A stretch of DNA of 64,000 nucleotides from an uncultured Sangeribacter sp. (GTDB lineage: Bacteria > Bacteroidota > Bacteroidia > Bacteroidales > Muribaculaceae): contig CAZPQD010000001.1 of the NCBI GenBank assembly GCA_964588625.1, forward strand, positions 6,023 through 70,022. Direction: 5' to 3'. Of the stretch, positions 11,001 to 18,537 are shown piece after piece. Position numbers and translations under genes: made by a program. A model generated the notes under the pieces. It saw nothing but the letters and a program-made list of their open reading frames with translations, had not been told where the DNA came from and did not search any database. Each line of letters opens with the position of its first letter. Position 1 is the first letter of the stretch.

Positions 11001-11321
11001 GGGGTTTTCAGTCTGTTTCGTCACTGCCAGCTTTATCGCTACTGCCGGCGATACAACTCCGTTTTCCACACTCACCTCTTTTGCAGGAGAGGAAAGATAA
11101 CCTTTGGCTTCGATTTTCACGTGATGAACGCCATCCGGAACATTCTCAAATGCGTATGATCCGTCGGCACTGACCTTCAAAGTCTCCAGATAGGAGTAAG
11201 AGGCTATGGAGATGGTGGCATCCTCCGAGTTCTTGATACCCGAGACATCCACTTGGACTCTTGCCCCAAGCAGATTGAGCGCCGCCACCATCACCATAAA
11301 GGAAAAGATTAGTCGCTTCAT
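8004..11321 (-). CDS. Secreted multidomain putative zinc metallopeptidase (HEXXH) with Ig-like repeats, Big_2 domain and T9SS-type C-terminal domain
   Basis: Signal peptide; carboxypeptidase-regulatory-like N-domain; LILHEKSHF and YAHAHNPNEDMAE; three D-x-A/V-G-N Ig-like repeats; Big_2 (WSSSDESVATVD); C-terminal TGID...PGVYII...KITIK. Confidence 0.7.
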   Translation of the reverse strand: MKRLIFSFMVMVAALNLLGARVQVDVSGIKNSEDATISIASYSYLETLKVSADGSYAFENVPDGVHHVKIEAKGYLSSPAKEVSVENGVVSPAVAIKLAVTKQTENPDEWFFKWEEDGSPSGYTQTANVNRPAEIEFLGKKIVPSDVPFYTILEKDYHIYLDDSDEPWTQEYAYRLVETLKTLPVDYLSRPHAVFRLTSASLENDISITTSGEGYEVSISKDAFYYANPFFVSLDGERGKLFSKRLHHALTNFVTDFGENEFQAYIILERRFGCKILNVDYEALTAGITNETSDHFQQFFPSELVAIINMFEEMPEGFHVTPHLNYLIRRKNGMRHPLYPEAAAVAWPVDNGYIEFMESAFGSNNETFETQRLILHEKSHFLWQFVFSDEIKNDWAETGGWYVDPNGSDGWSTTKDVEFVSAYAHAHNPNEDMAESIAFYLKNPDKLLSRSPEKYEFICNRIMHGTRYISKIPDHLTFEVLNLYPDYDYPGKIKRVNVTCQGAPDEDKLVTVEIELNDVEGFDDSASHAFVRLTSPTFECEDGSYDSQYEDLHMSPIDETGHILQGTIIISKYSKTGHWTAGDIIVSDMVGNQRFEGQNDCVFDLYVNNSLEDLVPPVYEGVMRYILTAIDLDGHEAQNLQMRFKVHDNIGFKSMMCRVQTPGNNYSVDVYGVYEVETGEAVINIPITEFYPTGNYYVSNLILTDKAGNSRWFDFYENNGKYPTEYCFIETPNPDTKHPEIDLQRITVYAEPTHPEAPDGETIVTISFYGRDDKSGLGLCNYRLRDPQGIDHFEYFYHRNFGTLYFDGDPTVWEHYLIKVVLPQGSAPGIWGLSEMTVVDKALNPFTYNFVETLIFEPDNNESDYELFADVVDESLIFGVASLAESQFSYKWRIIHEQSGLEINGESGQSVMPQMARAASRQQISADISSLPKGDLILIVEVSGEDGNVESVKTKRIANDPKLILAESLTLNHDSWHGKVGENLQLTATVIPDDVTDKEIVWSSSDESVATVDEEGLVLILKNGTCTITASTVDGSDLSASCTVTADAIQTGIDALFSDETSTVDVISLEGILLMKDCTKDALNSLAPGVYIIQQGSISQKITIK

Positions 11322-11549
11322 ATGGTTTATTTTATTAAAGTATCAATTTTCAGTAATATAGTAAAATAAAAACTCTCCCTTGACATCCTCTTGAAAGCGA
11401 GGAAGAAACATAGAAAGAAGCTGCACGCACAAAATTAGAAATTAAAGCGGAGACATTCAGGATTCTTTTTGTCCACTTTGTTCCACTTTGCAACTCCGCC
11501 CCCAAAAGCCTAAAGCAATTCCATTTCTCAAGAAAAAAATTTCTTTCGG

Positions 11550-11584
11550 TTTCACATTAATGTGAAATAAATCACTTAATTTTG
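11550..11584 (+). promoter_or_regulatory. TA operon promoter with a perfect 18-bp palindromic operator
   Basis: TTTCACATTAATGTGAAA (11550-11567) just upstream of the -7 element TAATTTTG (11577-11584). Confidence 0.7.
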
Positions 11585-11610
11585 CGTTATAATTAAAACG
11601 TTAGTGATTT

Positions 11611-12081
11611 ATGAGCGAGTTGGAACTACTTCTTTTGGATCAGACAGAGAACTGTACGGTGTACACCATACAGTTTCTTTCCGATGATTTGAATGAGTTT
11701 GAAAAATTTGTGAAAAAATTCCAGGCAGACGGAGAAATAAATAAAGATTTTCGGATTATTGCCAAATTTATTGATCAGATACTTGACTTCGGAGCATTGG
11801 AAAGATATTTCAGACCAGAGGGAAAGATGAAAGATTCTGTTGTAGCACTGCCTACCTTGAGATCCAAACTCCGATTATATGGATTACGCCTTTCGGACCG
11901 TATTTTGATCCTTGGAAATGGTGGAGTTAAGGATACCCGAACTTATCAAGAGGATGATTCTTTGAAAGGGTACGTCTTGACTCTACAAAGATTCGAAGAT
12001 CTTCTCAAGGAGGGGGTTGCCGATGGCTCTGTGATAATTACTGAAAGTGAGATTAAAACGGACAAAACTTTTGAGATATGA
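11611..12081 (+). CDS. Putative RelE/HigB-like toxin
   Basis: KLRLYGLR...ILILGNGGVK resembles the RelE/Gp49 C-terminal strands; 4-bp ATGA overlap with the downstream XRE HTH gene. Confidence 0.55.
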   Translation: MSELELLLLDQTENCTVYTIQFLSDDLNEFEKFVKKFQADGEINKDFRIIAKFIDQILDFGALERYFRPEGKMKDSVVALPTLRSKLRLYGLRLSDRILILGNGGVKDTRTYQEDDSLKGYVLTLQRFEDLLKEGVADGSVIITESEIKTDKTFEI

Positions 12082-12344
12082 AAAGGGCAAAGACTTCATT
12101 ACGTGAACTTTTAAGTGATATTACGCCTGAGGAGCGGGCCGAGGCAAGACTCTCGTTTCAGATTTCCAATAGACTTGATGCCCTTATGCAGGAAAAAGGG
12201 CTGTCAAAGAAACAGCTTGCTGACGCAATCGGGAAACGGCCGAGTGAGATAACACGATGGCTGAGTGGGGAGCATAATTTTACTATCTCAACTCTCGCCA
12301 AGCTCTCTACTTTCTTTGGCCAACCCATTGTGTGCGTAGGTTAA
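12078..12344 (+). CDS. XRE-family HTH protein, putative HigA-like antitoxin
   Basis: LSKKQLADAIGKRPSEITRWLSGEHNFTISTL Cro/CI HTH. Confidence 0.8.
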   Translation: MKRAKTSLRELLSDITPEERAEARLSFQISNRLDALMQEKGLSKKQLADAIGKRPSEITRWLSGEHNFTISTLAKLSTFFGQPIVCVG

Positions 12345-12434
12345 GTTCACCGCTTCCGCCCCAAACCCTAATGCCTCACCGAACCTTTGGGAACGGCAGA
12401 CGTTTTAAAGGTAGATAAAATAAATTTAATTGCT

Positions 12435-12731
12435 ATGGAAACATTCGATCAGATTATCAATTCCGACAAACCGGTATTGGTGGATTTCTTTGCCACATGG
12501 TGTGGCCCTTGCAAGATGATGCACCCGATTCTTGAAGAACTTCATGCTGAAGTAGGCGAAAAGGCACGTATCATCAAGATTGACATTGACAAGAATGAGA
12601 ATCTGGCAGCGGTCTACAATGTCCGCTCGGTGCCTACGCTCATGATCTTCAAGAATGGTGAGATGAAATGGCGTGCAAGCGGTGTGCATCAAGCTGCTCA
12701 ACTCAAGGAAGAGCTTGAGAAATATTATTGA
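12435..12731 (+). CDS. trxA: Thioredoxin
   Basis: [11 protein letters not shown] active site; start placed at ATG 12435. Confidence 0.93.
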   Translation: METFDQIINSDKPVLVDFFATWCGPCKMMHPILEELHAEVGEKARIIKIDIDKNENLAAVYNVRSVPTLMIFKNGEMKWRASGVHQAAQLKEELEKYY

Positions 12732-12926
12732 AATGAAATCATAACTGGAGAGCTTATGTCAGGGAAAGACAGCTGACATCAGTCTACTTCAAACGATTTT
12801 TATGACGGCAAGCGTACCAATCCGGTATTCTTGCCGTTTTCTATTTGTGATGTGTCTCCGTTTTTGGGGGAACAGAATCTTAAACTTTCTTTTGTTTCAG
12901 AGTAGATTTCAAAGATAATTGAGGAA

Positions 12927-13691
12927 ATGAATAGAATATGCCTCTTTGTGATTACAGTGGTGACGATGTGTCTGAGTCTGGATACATCGGCAAGTAACGT
13001 GTCGTTTGCGGATGAGACGCTGCATTATGTGATAAGTTATAAGTGGGGTATCATTCATAAGGATGCCGGTGAGGCCGTGCTTTCATCGCGAGTGAAGAAT
13101 GGCAACTATCTCTTTACGCTGACGGCACGCACCAAACCGTGGGCAGACAAAATCTTTAATGTGAGGGATACACTGCGTTCAACTGTAAGGATGGAAGGTT
13201 TCCAACCTCTAAAGTATGTGAAATCAGCTCATGAAGGAGGGAGGTTTGCCCGTGATGTCATCTCCTTCACCTACTCTGGAAATAAAGTCGCGGGAGCGTG
13301 CAGCCGTCATAGGGAAAAGAAGGGTAACATTACCAACAGTTCTCTCTCCTTATCGGCTACAGGTCCTACTTTCGATATGCTCTCCGTCTTCTATTATCTC
13401 AGGACTCTTCCTGCCTCGGCGCTGGCAAAGGGTGCTGTGACGAGAGTAAATATCTTTTCAGGGTCTAAATCAGAATTACTTACAATCAAAGGACAAGGGG
13501 AGGAGATGGTCACCTTACGCGACAAAAGCCGAAGAAAAGCTTACAGGATAAAATTCAACTTTACTTCTGAAGGAAAGAAAAAATCAAGTGACGATATTGA
13601 CTGCTGGATCTCAGCCGATGCCCATAAGATTCCTCTTCTGCTTATCGGCACACTCCCGGTGGGACAAGTGAAATGCTATTATGTGAAGTGA
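12927..13691 (+). CDS. DUF3108 domain exported protein
   Basis: Signal peptide; ETLHYVISYKWG, FNVRDT, DMLS, WISADAHKIPL. Confidence 0.75.
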   Translation: MNRICLFVITVVTMCLSLDTSASNVSFADETLHYVISYKWGIIHKDAGEAVLSSRVKNGNYLFTLTARTKPWADKIFNVRDTLRSTVRMEGFQPLKYVKSAHEGGRFARDVISFTYSGNKVAGACSRHREKKGNITNSSLSLSATGPTFDMLSVFYYLRTLPASALAKGAVTRVNIFSGSKSELLTIKGQGEEMVTLRDKSRRKAYRIKFNFTSEGKKKSSDDIDCWISADAHKIPLLLIGTLPVGQVKCYYVK

Positions 13692-13715
13692 TGTCCATGT
13701 AACTAACTCAGAGTC

Positions 13716-15872
13716 ATGAAAAAGGAAAACCTCATCTCACGAGAGATTAATTCTTTGCTGGAATCTTATGGCGGTCCGTTTGTGGCTGCTGCTTGGAACA
13801 TCCTGCTCCTTTTCGTTGTGTATTTTATACTCCGTATCGAATATCTGCTTCTGAATTTTGATTTCTTCCGTCAATCTATTGAAGAGGGCGCTTTAGGACG
13901 TCTGTTGGCAGCAGGATTTGTTTTCGATACACCCGGAATAATGTATACCAACGCGTTGTATATACTTTTGATGCTCCTGCCACTGCACTTCAAGGAGAGG
14001 AAAGGTTATTATCGTCTTTGCAAATGGGTTTTCATGATTATAAACTCTGTGGCCGTAGTCATCAACATTGCAGATTCGATTTATTTCAGTTATACATTGC
14101 GACGTACCACGACCGAAGTCTTTGGTGAGTTTTCGGGAGAAGGAAATATTGGCAAGATTGTATTCGCCGAGTTGGGCAATCACTGGTATCTCGTTTTGTT
14201 TGCAGCCTTGGTGATCTATCTCATGTGGCGCCTTTATGTGAGTCCGAGGCCATTAAGTAAGAAGAGAGTTTCCTATAAATATTATCTCGTCTCATTTATT
14301 GGGCTAATAATTGGAGCCGTAACAGTGATAAGCGGTATCAGGGGTGGATTGCTCAACCATTGGTATAACTATGTGTTTGCAATTCCACTGCTATATATGA
14401 GCTTCCGTCTTTTCTCTGTATCTGGAAAGAAAAACACTTCTTTCAGGATATGTGGCATGGTAAGTGGAATTGCCGCGTTGGTACTGATCATCCTTGCTCC
14501 TATCGGCGGACTCACTCACCGTGACATACGTCCCATTGCTCTCTCCAATGCAAATGCCTACACTACGCGTCCTACGGAGACAGCGTTAATACTCAATACT
14601 CCGTTCTCTTTGATACGTACAATAAAATCCACTGTCTTCACAGACCCTCATTATTTTGATGATAAGGCGCAATTGGCTTCCATTTTCAATCCGGTGCACA
14701 TGCCTTTGGATTCGGTTGCCTTGAATAAAAAGAATGTAGTTGTCATAATAATAGAGAGTTTCGGCAGGGAATACATTGGTTCGCTGAGCAAGGAGATGAT
14801 AGGGGAGGACTATGCAGGCTATACTCCCTTTACTGATTCGCTCATAAATCATTCACGTTCCTACCGTTATTCTTTCTGCAACGGCAGAAAGAGTATTGAT
14901 GGAATCCCGAGTGTTCTTGCCTCCATCCCTTGTTTCGTAAAACCGTTCGTGCTCACACCGCAGGCCCTCAACCAAATTGAAGGCCTTCCGGCACATCTCT
15001 CAAAAATTGGTTACGAGACTGCCTTTTTCCATGGCGCACGCACCGGCAGTATGGGTTTCGATGGCATCGCCCGATCCATAGGTTTCGACAAATATTTCGG
15101 AAGGGAAGATTATGAAAAAGACAGCCGTTTTGGAGGAAGCAAGGATTTCGATGGCTATTGGGCCATATGGGATGAACCATTCCTTCAATATTATGCAGCA
15201 AAAATGAGCGACATGAATCAGCCTTTCATGACTTCCATCTTTACTGCCTCAAGTCATCATCCCTTCCACATTCCTGAAGCTTACCGGGATAAATTTCCGG
15301 AAGAAGGACTTCCCATCCATAAGTGTATCCGATATACAGATAATGCACTCCGTGCATTTTTCCGTACGGCGTCTGCCCAACCTTGGTACGCAAATACTAT
15401 ATTTGTAATTACCAGCGACCATACCAATATGAGCGACCATCCGGAGTATAAGACTGATCTTGGAGGATTCCATTCACCAATCATCATTTTCGATCCTTCG
15501 GGTGAGATAACGCCGGGACGTGTTGACGGAGTCGCCCAGCAGATCGACATCATGCCCACAATTCTGCATCACTTAGGCTATCCCTACCGGTATGTTGCAT
15601 TTGGAAAAGATCTTTTGGCTGCCGATAGGAGTGGGGATTGGGCTGTGAATTATCTTAACGGGGTCTATCAGTATGTAAAGAATGGTTATGTACTCCAGTT
15701 TGATGGAGAGAAGACCATCGGATTCTACTCCCTGACCGACCATCTGATGCAAAATAATCTCGACGGAAAGCACAATGCACTCTCCGCCGAGATGGAAAAG
15801 GAACTAAAAGCTTTAATTCAGAGCTATATGGACAGAATGTCTTCCAACAATCTGACGATAGCAAATAAATGA
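13716..15872 (+). CDS. LTA synthase family / sulfatase-fold membrane protein
   Basis: N-terminal TM helices; NVVVIIIESF, NGRKSIDG, SSHHPF, YTD, TSDH and QQIDIMPT motifs. Confidence 0.88.
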   Translation: MKKENLISREINSLLESYGGPFVAAAWNILLLFVVYFILRIEYLLLNFDFFRQSIEEGALGRLLAAGFVFDTPGIMYTNALYILLMLLPLHFKERKGYYRLCKWVFMIINSVAVVINIADSIYFSYTLRRTTTEVFGEFSGEGNIGKIVFAELGNHWYLVLFAALVIYLMWRLYVSPRPLSKKRVSYKYYLVSFIGLIIGAVTVISGIRGGLLNHWYNYVFAIPLLYMSFRLFSVSGKKNTSFRICGMVSGIAALVLIILAPIGGLTHRDIRPIALSNANAYTTRPTETALILNTPFSLIRTIKSTVFTDPHYFDDKAQLASIFNPVHMPLDSVALNKKNVVVIIIESFGREYIGSLSKEMIGEDYAGYTPFTDSLINHSRSYRYSFCNGRKSIDGIPSVLASIPCFVKPFVLTPQALNQIEGLPAHLSKIGYETAFFHGARTGSMGFDGIARSIGFDKYFGREDYEKDSRFGGSKDFDGYWAIWDEPFLQYYAAKMSDMNQPFMTSIFTASSHHPFHIPEAYRDKFPEEGLPIHKCIRYTDNALRAFFRTASAQPWYANTIFVITSDHTNMSDHPEYKTDLGGFHSPIIIFDPSGEITPGRVDGVAQQIDIMPTILHHLGYPYRYVAFGKDLLAADRSGDWAVNYLNGVYQYVKNGYVLQFDGEKTIGFYSLTDHLMQNNLDGKHNALSAEMEKELKALIQSYMDRMSSNNLTIANK

Positions 15873-15929
15873 TCCGGATATTGGAAATAAATAATCCGGC
15901 TGTTGCAAATAAATAGTCCGAGGTTATTT

Positions 15930-16508
15930 TTACTCGTAGCGTTTTTCTACTGTTTCCCAGTCAACTATTTCCCACAGACGGCGCAGATACTCCGCGCGGA
16001 GGTTCTGATAGTCAAGATAGTAGGCGTGCTCCCAGACGTCAAACACCATCACAGGGTGAAGTCCGTCGCACATTGGGTTTGCAGCATCTTTCCCTTGAGT
16101 GATGAAGAGGGTGCCATCTTTATCACGTGAGAGCCATACCCAACCTGAACCGAAAAGGGTGGCGCCGGCTTCCTCAAACTTACGCTTGAACTCGTCGAAG
16201 GATCCGAACTGCCTTTCAATCTGTTCCTTCAGTTTGCCATGAGGTTCGCGGCGTCCAATAGGGTTGAACTGGAAGAAATAAAAAATGTGATTCCAAGCTT
16301 GGGAGGCATTGTTGAAGATCTTGCCGTCGCTTTTCAAGATGATGTCCTCAAGCGACATTTCCGCAAAGGGAGTTCCCTCAATCAGTTTGTTGAGTGTGTC
16401 GATGTAGGCCTTCTCATGCTTGCCATAATGATATTCGATGGTGCGGTGGGAGATGACCGGTTCGAGGGCATCTGCCGGGTAGGGGAGTCTTGGTTGTGTG
16501 AAATTCAT
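15930..16508 (-). CDS. sod: Fe/Mn superoxide dismutase
   Basis: HYGKH, NNASQAWNH, FGSGWVWL, DVWEHAYY. Confidence 0.96.
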   Translation of the reverse strand: MNFTQPRLPYPADALEPVISHRTIEYHYGKHEKAYIDTLNKLIEGTPFAEMSLEDIILKSDGKIFNNASQAWNHIFYFFQFNPIGRREPHGKLKEQIERQFGSFDEFKRKFEEAGATLFGSGWVWLSRDKDGTLFITQGKDAANPMCDGLHPVMVFDVWEHAYYLDYQNLRAEYLRRLWEIVDWETVEKRYE

Positions 16509-16639
16509 AATAATTTAGGTTTGAATGTTATTGGATTGAACACGATTACTCGCATCGCCTTTTTATCTTTGAAAGGATGGTTTATTCGCGGAGATAGTTA
16601 CCAGCTTGTGAAAAAAGCTTATTCACTCCTTGAAAATTT

Positions 16640-17257
16640 TTATTCTCCGATCGGCATCATCGCTACAAACTCACGGGTAGCGGATTCCATATCATCAGCC
16701 TTTGCGATAGCGTCGCTGACAGCTATACCGTCGCAGCCGGCGGCGAGAAGTTCTTTCACATCATCTTTGTTGATGTCGCCATAGGCCACATGGGCGATGT
16801 CTATTTCTTTTTCGTGCATCTTGTCGCAGATTGCCTTGATTCTTTCAGTATCAAGAGCATCCTTATCATCGTGGGCGTCCCGTCGGAAAGGTCCTATGGC
16901 CAGGTAGTCGATATCGAGAGCTCTGACAGCTTCGATTGCATCCATGGAATCTACTTCCAGACCAACGACAGCAGCCGGACCTAATATCATACGGGCTTGC
17001 GAGGGAGTCATCTCGCCCTTTCCGAGATTCACACCACCAACATTCACTTTCTTCGCCAGTTCCACTCGGCGGTCGAGGAGCAGGAATGATTCCTTCTCAA
17101 TGCAAAGGGGCATAATCTCATTGATCACCTTCTCTATTTCCTCATCAGAGGCATCAGGCATTCTGACAGTGATCCAGCGGCAGCCGCCTGCTATTACCGC
17201 CCTCACCTGATCGGGTACGCTGCGCCCGCAATCCGTACTGGTTATATACTGCAACAT
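16640..17257 (-). CDS. ThiE/TenI-fold protein with degenerate catalytic motifs
   Basis: Collinear with thiamine-phosphate synthase (GGCRW, VELAKK, ARxILG, DYLAIGPF, GIAVS) but the key motifs are substituted. Confidence 0.75.
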   Translation of the reverse strand: MLQYITSTDCGRSVPDQVRAVIAGGCRWITVRMPDASDEEIEKVINEIMPLCIEKESFLLLDRRVELAKKVNVGGVNLGKGEMTPSQARMILGPAAVVGLEVDSMDAIEAVRALDIDYLAIGPFRRDAHDDKDALDTERIKAICDKMHEKEIDIAHVAYGDINKDDVKELLAAGCDGIAVSDAIAKADDMESATREFVAMMPIGE

Positions 17258-17321
17258 AATTTTTATCTATTTTGATTGTACCTATTTTTACAACAATCAA
17301 AATCAGGCTTTAGATTAAGGG

Positions 17322-17354
17322 AATTAGGAAATAGGAATTAGGAAATAGGAATTA
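17322..17354. repeat. Heptamer array (AAwTAGG x4)
   Basis: aattagg aaatagg aattagg aaatagg aatta, followed by a TGCTGCGCA mini-hairpin. Confidence 0.85.
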
Positions 17355-17477
17355 TGCTGCGCATTCTTTTTTGGAATTGGGGAATTGTAGGATCTCGGAA
17401 TGCAGAGGGCAATTCTTAGTGTGCGGAAGCCGGTTTTGTCGAGGTTGAAAGTGCAGTCCAAAGAATCCTCCCAATAA

Positions 17478-17505
17478 TTCCTCATTCCTCATTCCTCATT
17501 CCAAA
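17478..17505. repeat. Heptamer array (TTCCTCA x3) next to the plsC stop, inverted relative to 17322-17354
   Basis: ttcctca ttcctca ttcctca ttccaaa. Confidence 0.85.
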
Positions 17506-17508
17506 TTT

Positions 17509-18222
17509 TTATAGTGCTGACTCGATTGCCTCGCGACAATCGGCCATAAGTTTTTTGGTGTTGAATCCTTTTTCTCCGGGCCAGATGGGTTTATGGATGG
17601 TGAGTGTGATGGTGCATGGGGTGACGTTGTATGTGGTGCGGGGCATTGCCTTGAAACTTCCGTCAATGGTAATGGGGACCACGGGTAATTTAAATTCAGA
17701 AGCAAGCATGAATGCTCCACGCTTGAAGGGAATCATCTTTCCATCCCAAGTGCGGCTACCCTCCGGGAAAATGACGAGCGACATTCCGTCCTTTAGTTTG
17801 TCTTCAGCATTAGTGATGGTATCCTTGATTCCGGCGATCGAGGAATCATCAACGAAAACATGGCCGGCTCGCTTGCATGCATACCCTACCATGAAAATTT
17901 TCTCCAATTCCTTTTTCATCAGCCATTTGAAGTTGTGGTTGAGATAACCATACACCGACCATATATCGAAAGCTCCCTGATGGTTAGCCACGAAGATATA
18001 GCTCTGCTTCTTATCGATATTCTCCCTGCCGATCACCTTTACCCTTACAAACATAAGGCAGCAGCAAAATCTCGACCATAGATGAGCCGGATAATAACCC
18101 CAGAAATGAGTGCCGCTGATTGAAGTGGCAATCATAGTGATTAAAGCCGTGATGAAAGTCACGACAACAAAAATAGGGGCAGCTATCACCCACTGATAGC
18201 AAAGAAAAAGAAAACGCTTCAT
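17509..18222 (-). CDS. plsC: 1-acyl-sn-glycerol-3-phosphate acyltransferase
   Basis: NHQGAFD (HX4D), FPEGSRT, FKRGAF. Confidence 0.9.
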   Translation of the reverse strand: MKRFLFLCYQWVIAAPIFVVVTFITALITMIATSISGTHFWGYYPAHLWSRFCCCLMFVRVKVIGRENIDKKQSYIFVANHQGAFDIWSVYGYLNHNFKWLMKKELEKIFMVGYACKRAGHVFVDDSSIAGIKDTITNAEDKLKDGMSLVIFPEGSRTWDGKMIPFKRGAFMLASEFKLPVVPITIDGSFKAMPRTTYNVTPCTITLTIHKPIWPGEKGFNTKKLMADCREAIESAL

Positions 18223-18260
18223 ATCAATAAATCCAATTAAATGTTAATATATTCAATCAA

Positions 18261-18348
18261 AATGCAATTGAAATAAATGCAAATTGAATAAATTCAAATT
18301 GAATAAATGCAATTGAATAAATGCAAATGAATAAATGCAATTGAAATA
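18261..18348. repeat. AT-rich 14-15 bp tandem repeat x6 (AATGCAATTGAATA)
   Basis: Units start at 18261, 18276, 18291, 18306, 18320 and 18334. Confidence 0.92.
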
Positions 18349-18396
18349 ATCAAAGCAGGCTAAGTATTGTGGTCCGATTGAAATGAGGACTCCAAT

Positions 18397-18537
18397 CCCT
18401 AAAGCCTAAATCCTCAGAGCCTAATCTCAAAAGCCTAAAGCCTAAACCCTAAACCCTAAAGCCTAATTCCTAAAGCCTAAAGCCTAATTCCTAAAGCCTA
18501 ACCCCTAATTCCTAATTCCTAATTCCTAATCCCTAAT
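18397..18537. repeat. About 20-unit heptamer array nCCTAAw, including the rodA stop codon
   Basis: Units are ccctaaa, gcctaaa, gcctaat, tcctaat and ccctaat; the rodA TAG is the cta at 18533-18535. Confidence 0.95.

Noticed and set aside
12756-12841. Riboswitch between trxA and the DUF3108 gene
   Set aside because: Two hairpins (ATGTCAG/CTGACAT and ACGGCAAG/CTTGCCGT-TTT) fit a trxA terminator; no known aptamer consensus was recognised.
18397-18537. Eukaryotic telomere contamination or contig end
   Set aside because: Units are heterogeneous, internal, fused to the rodA stop, and recur in several bacterial intergenic regions.
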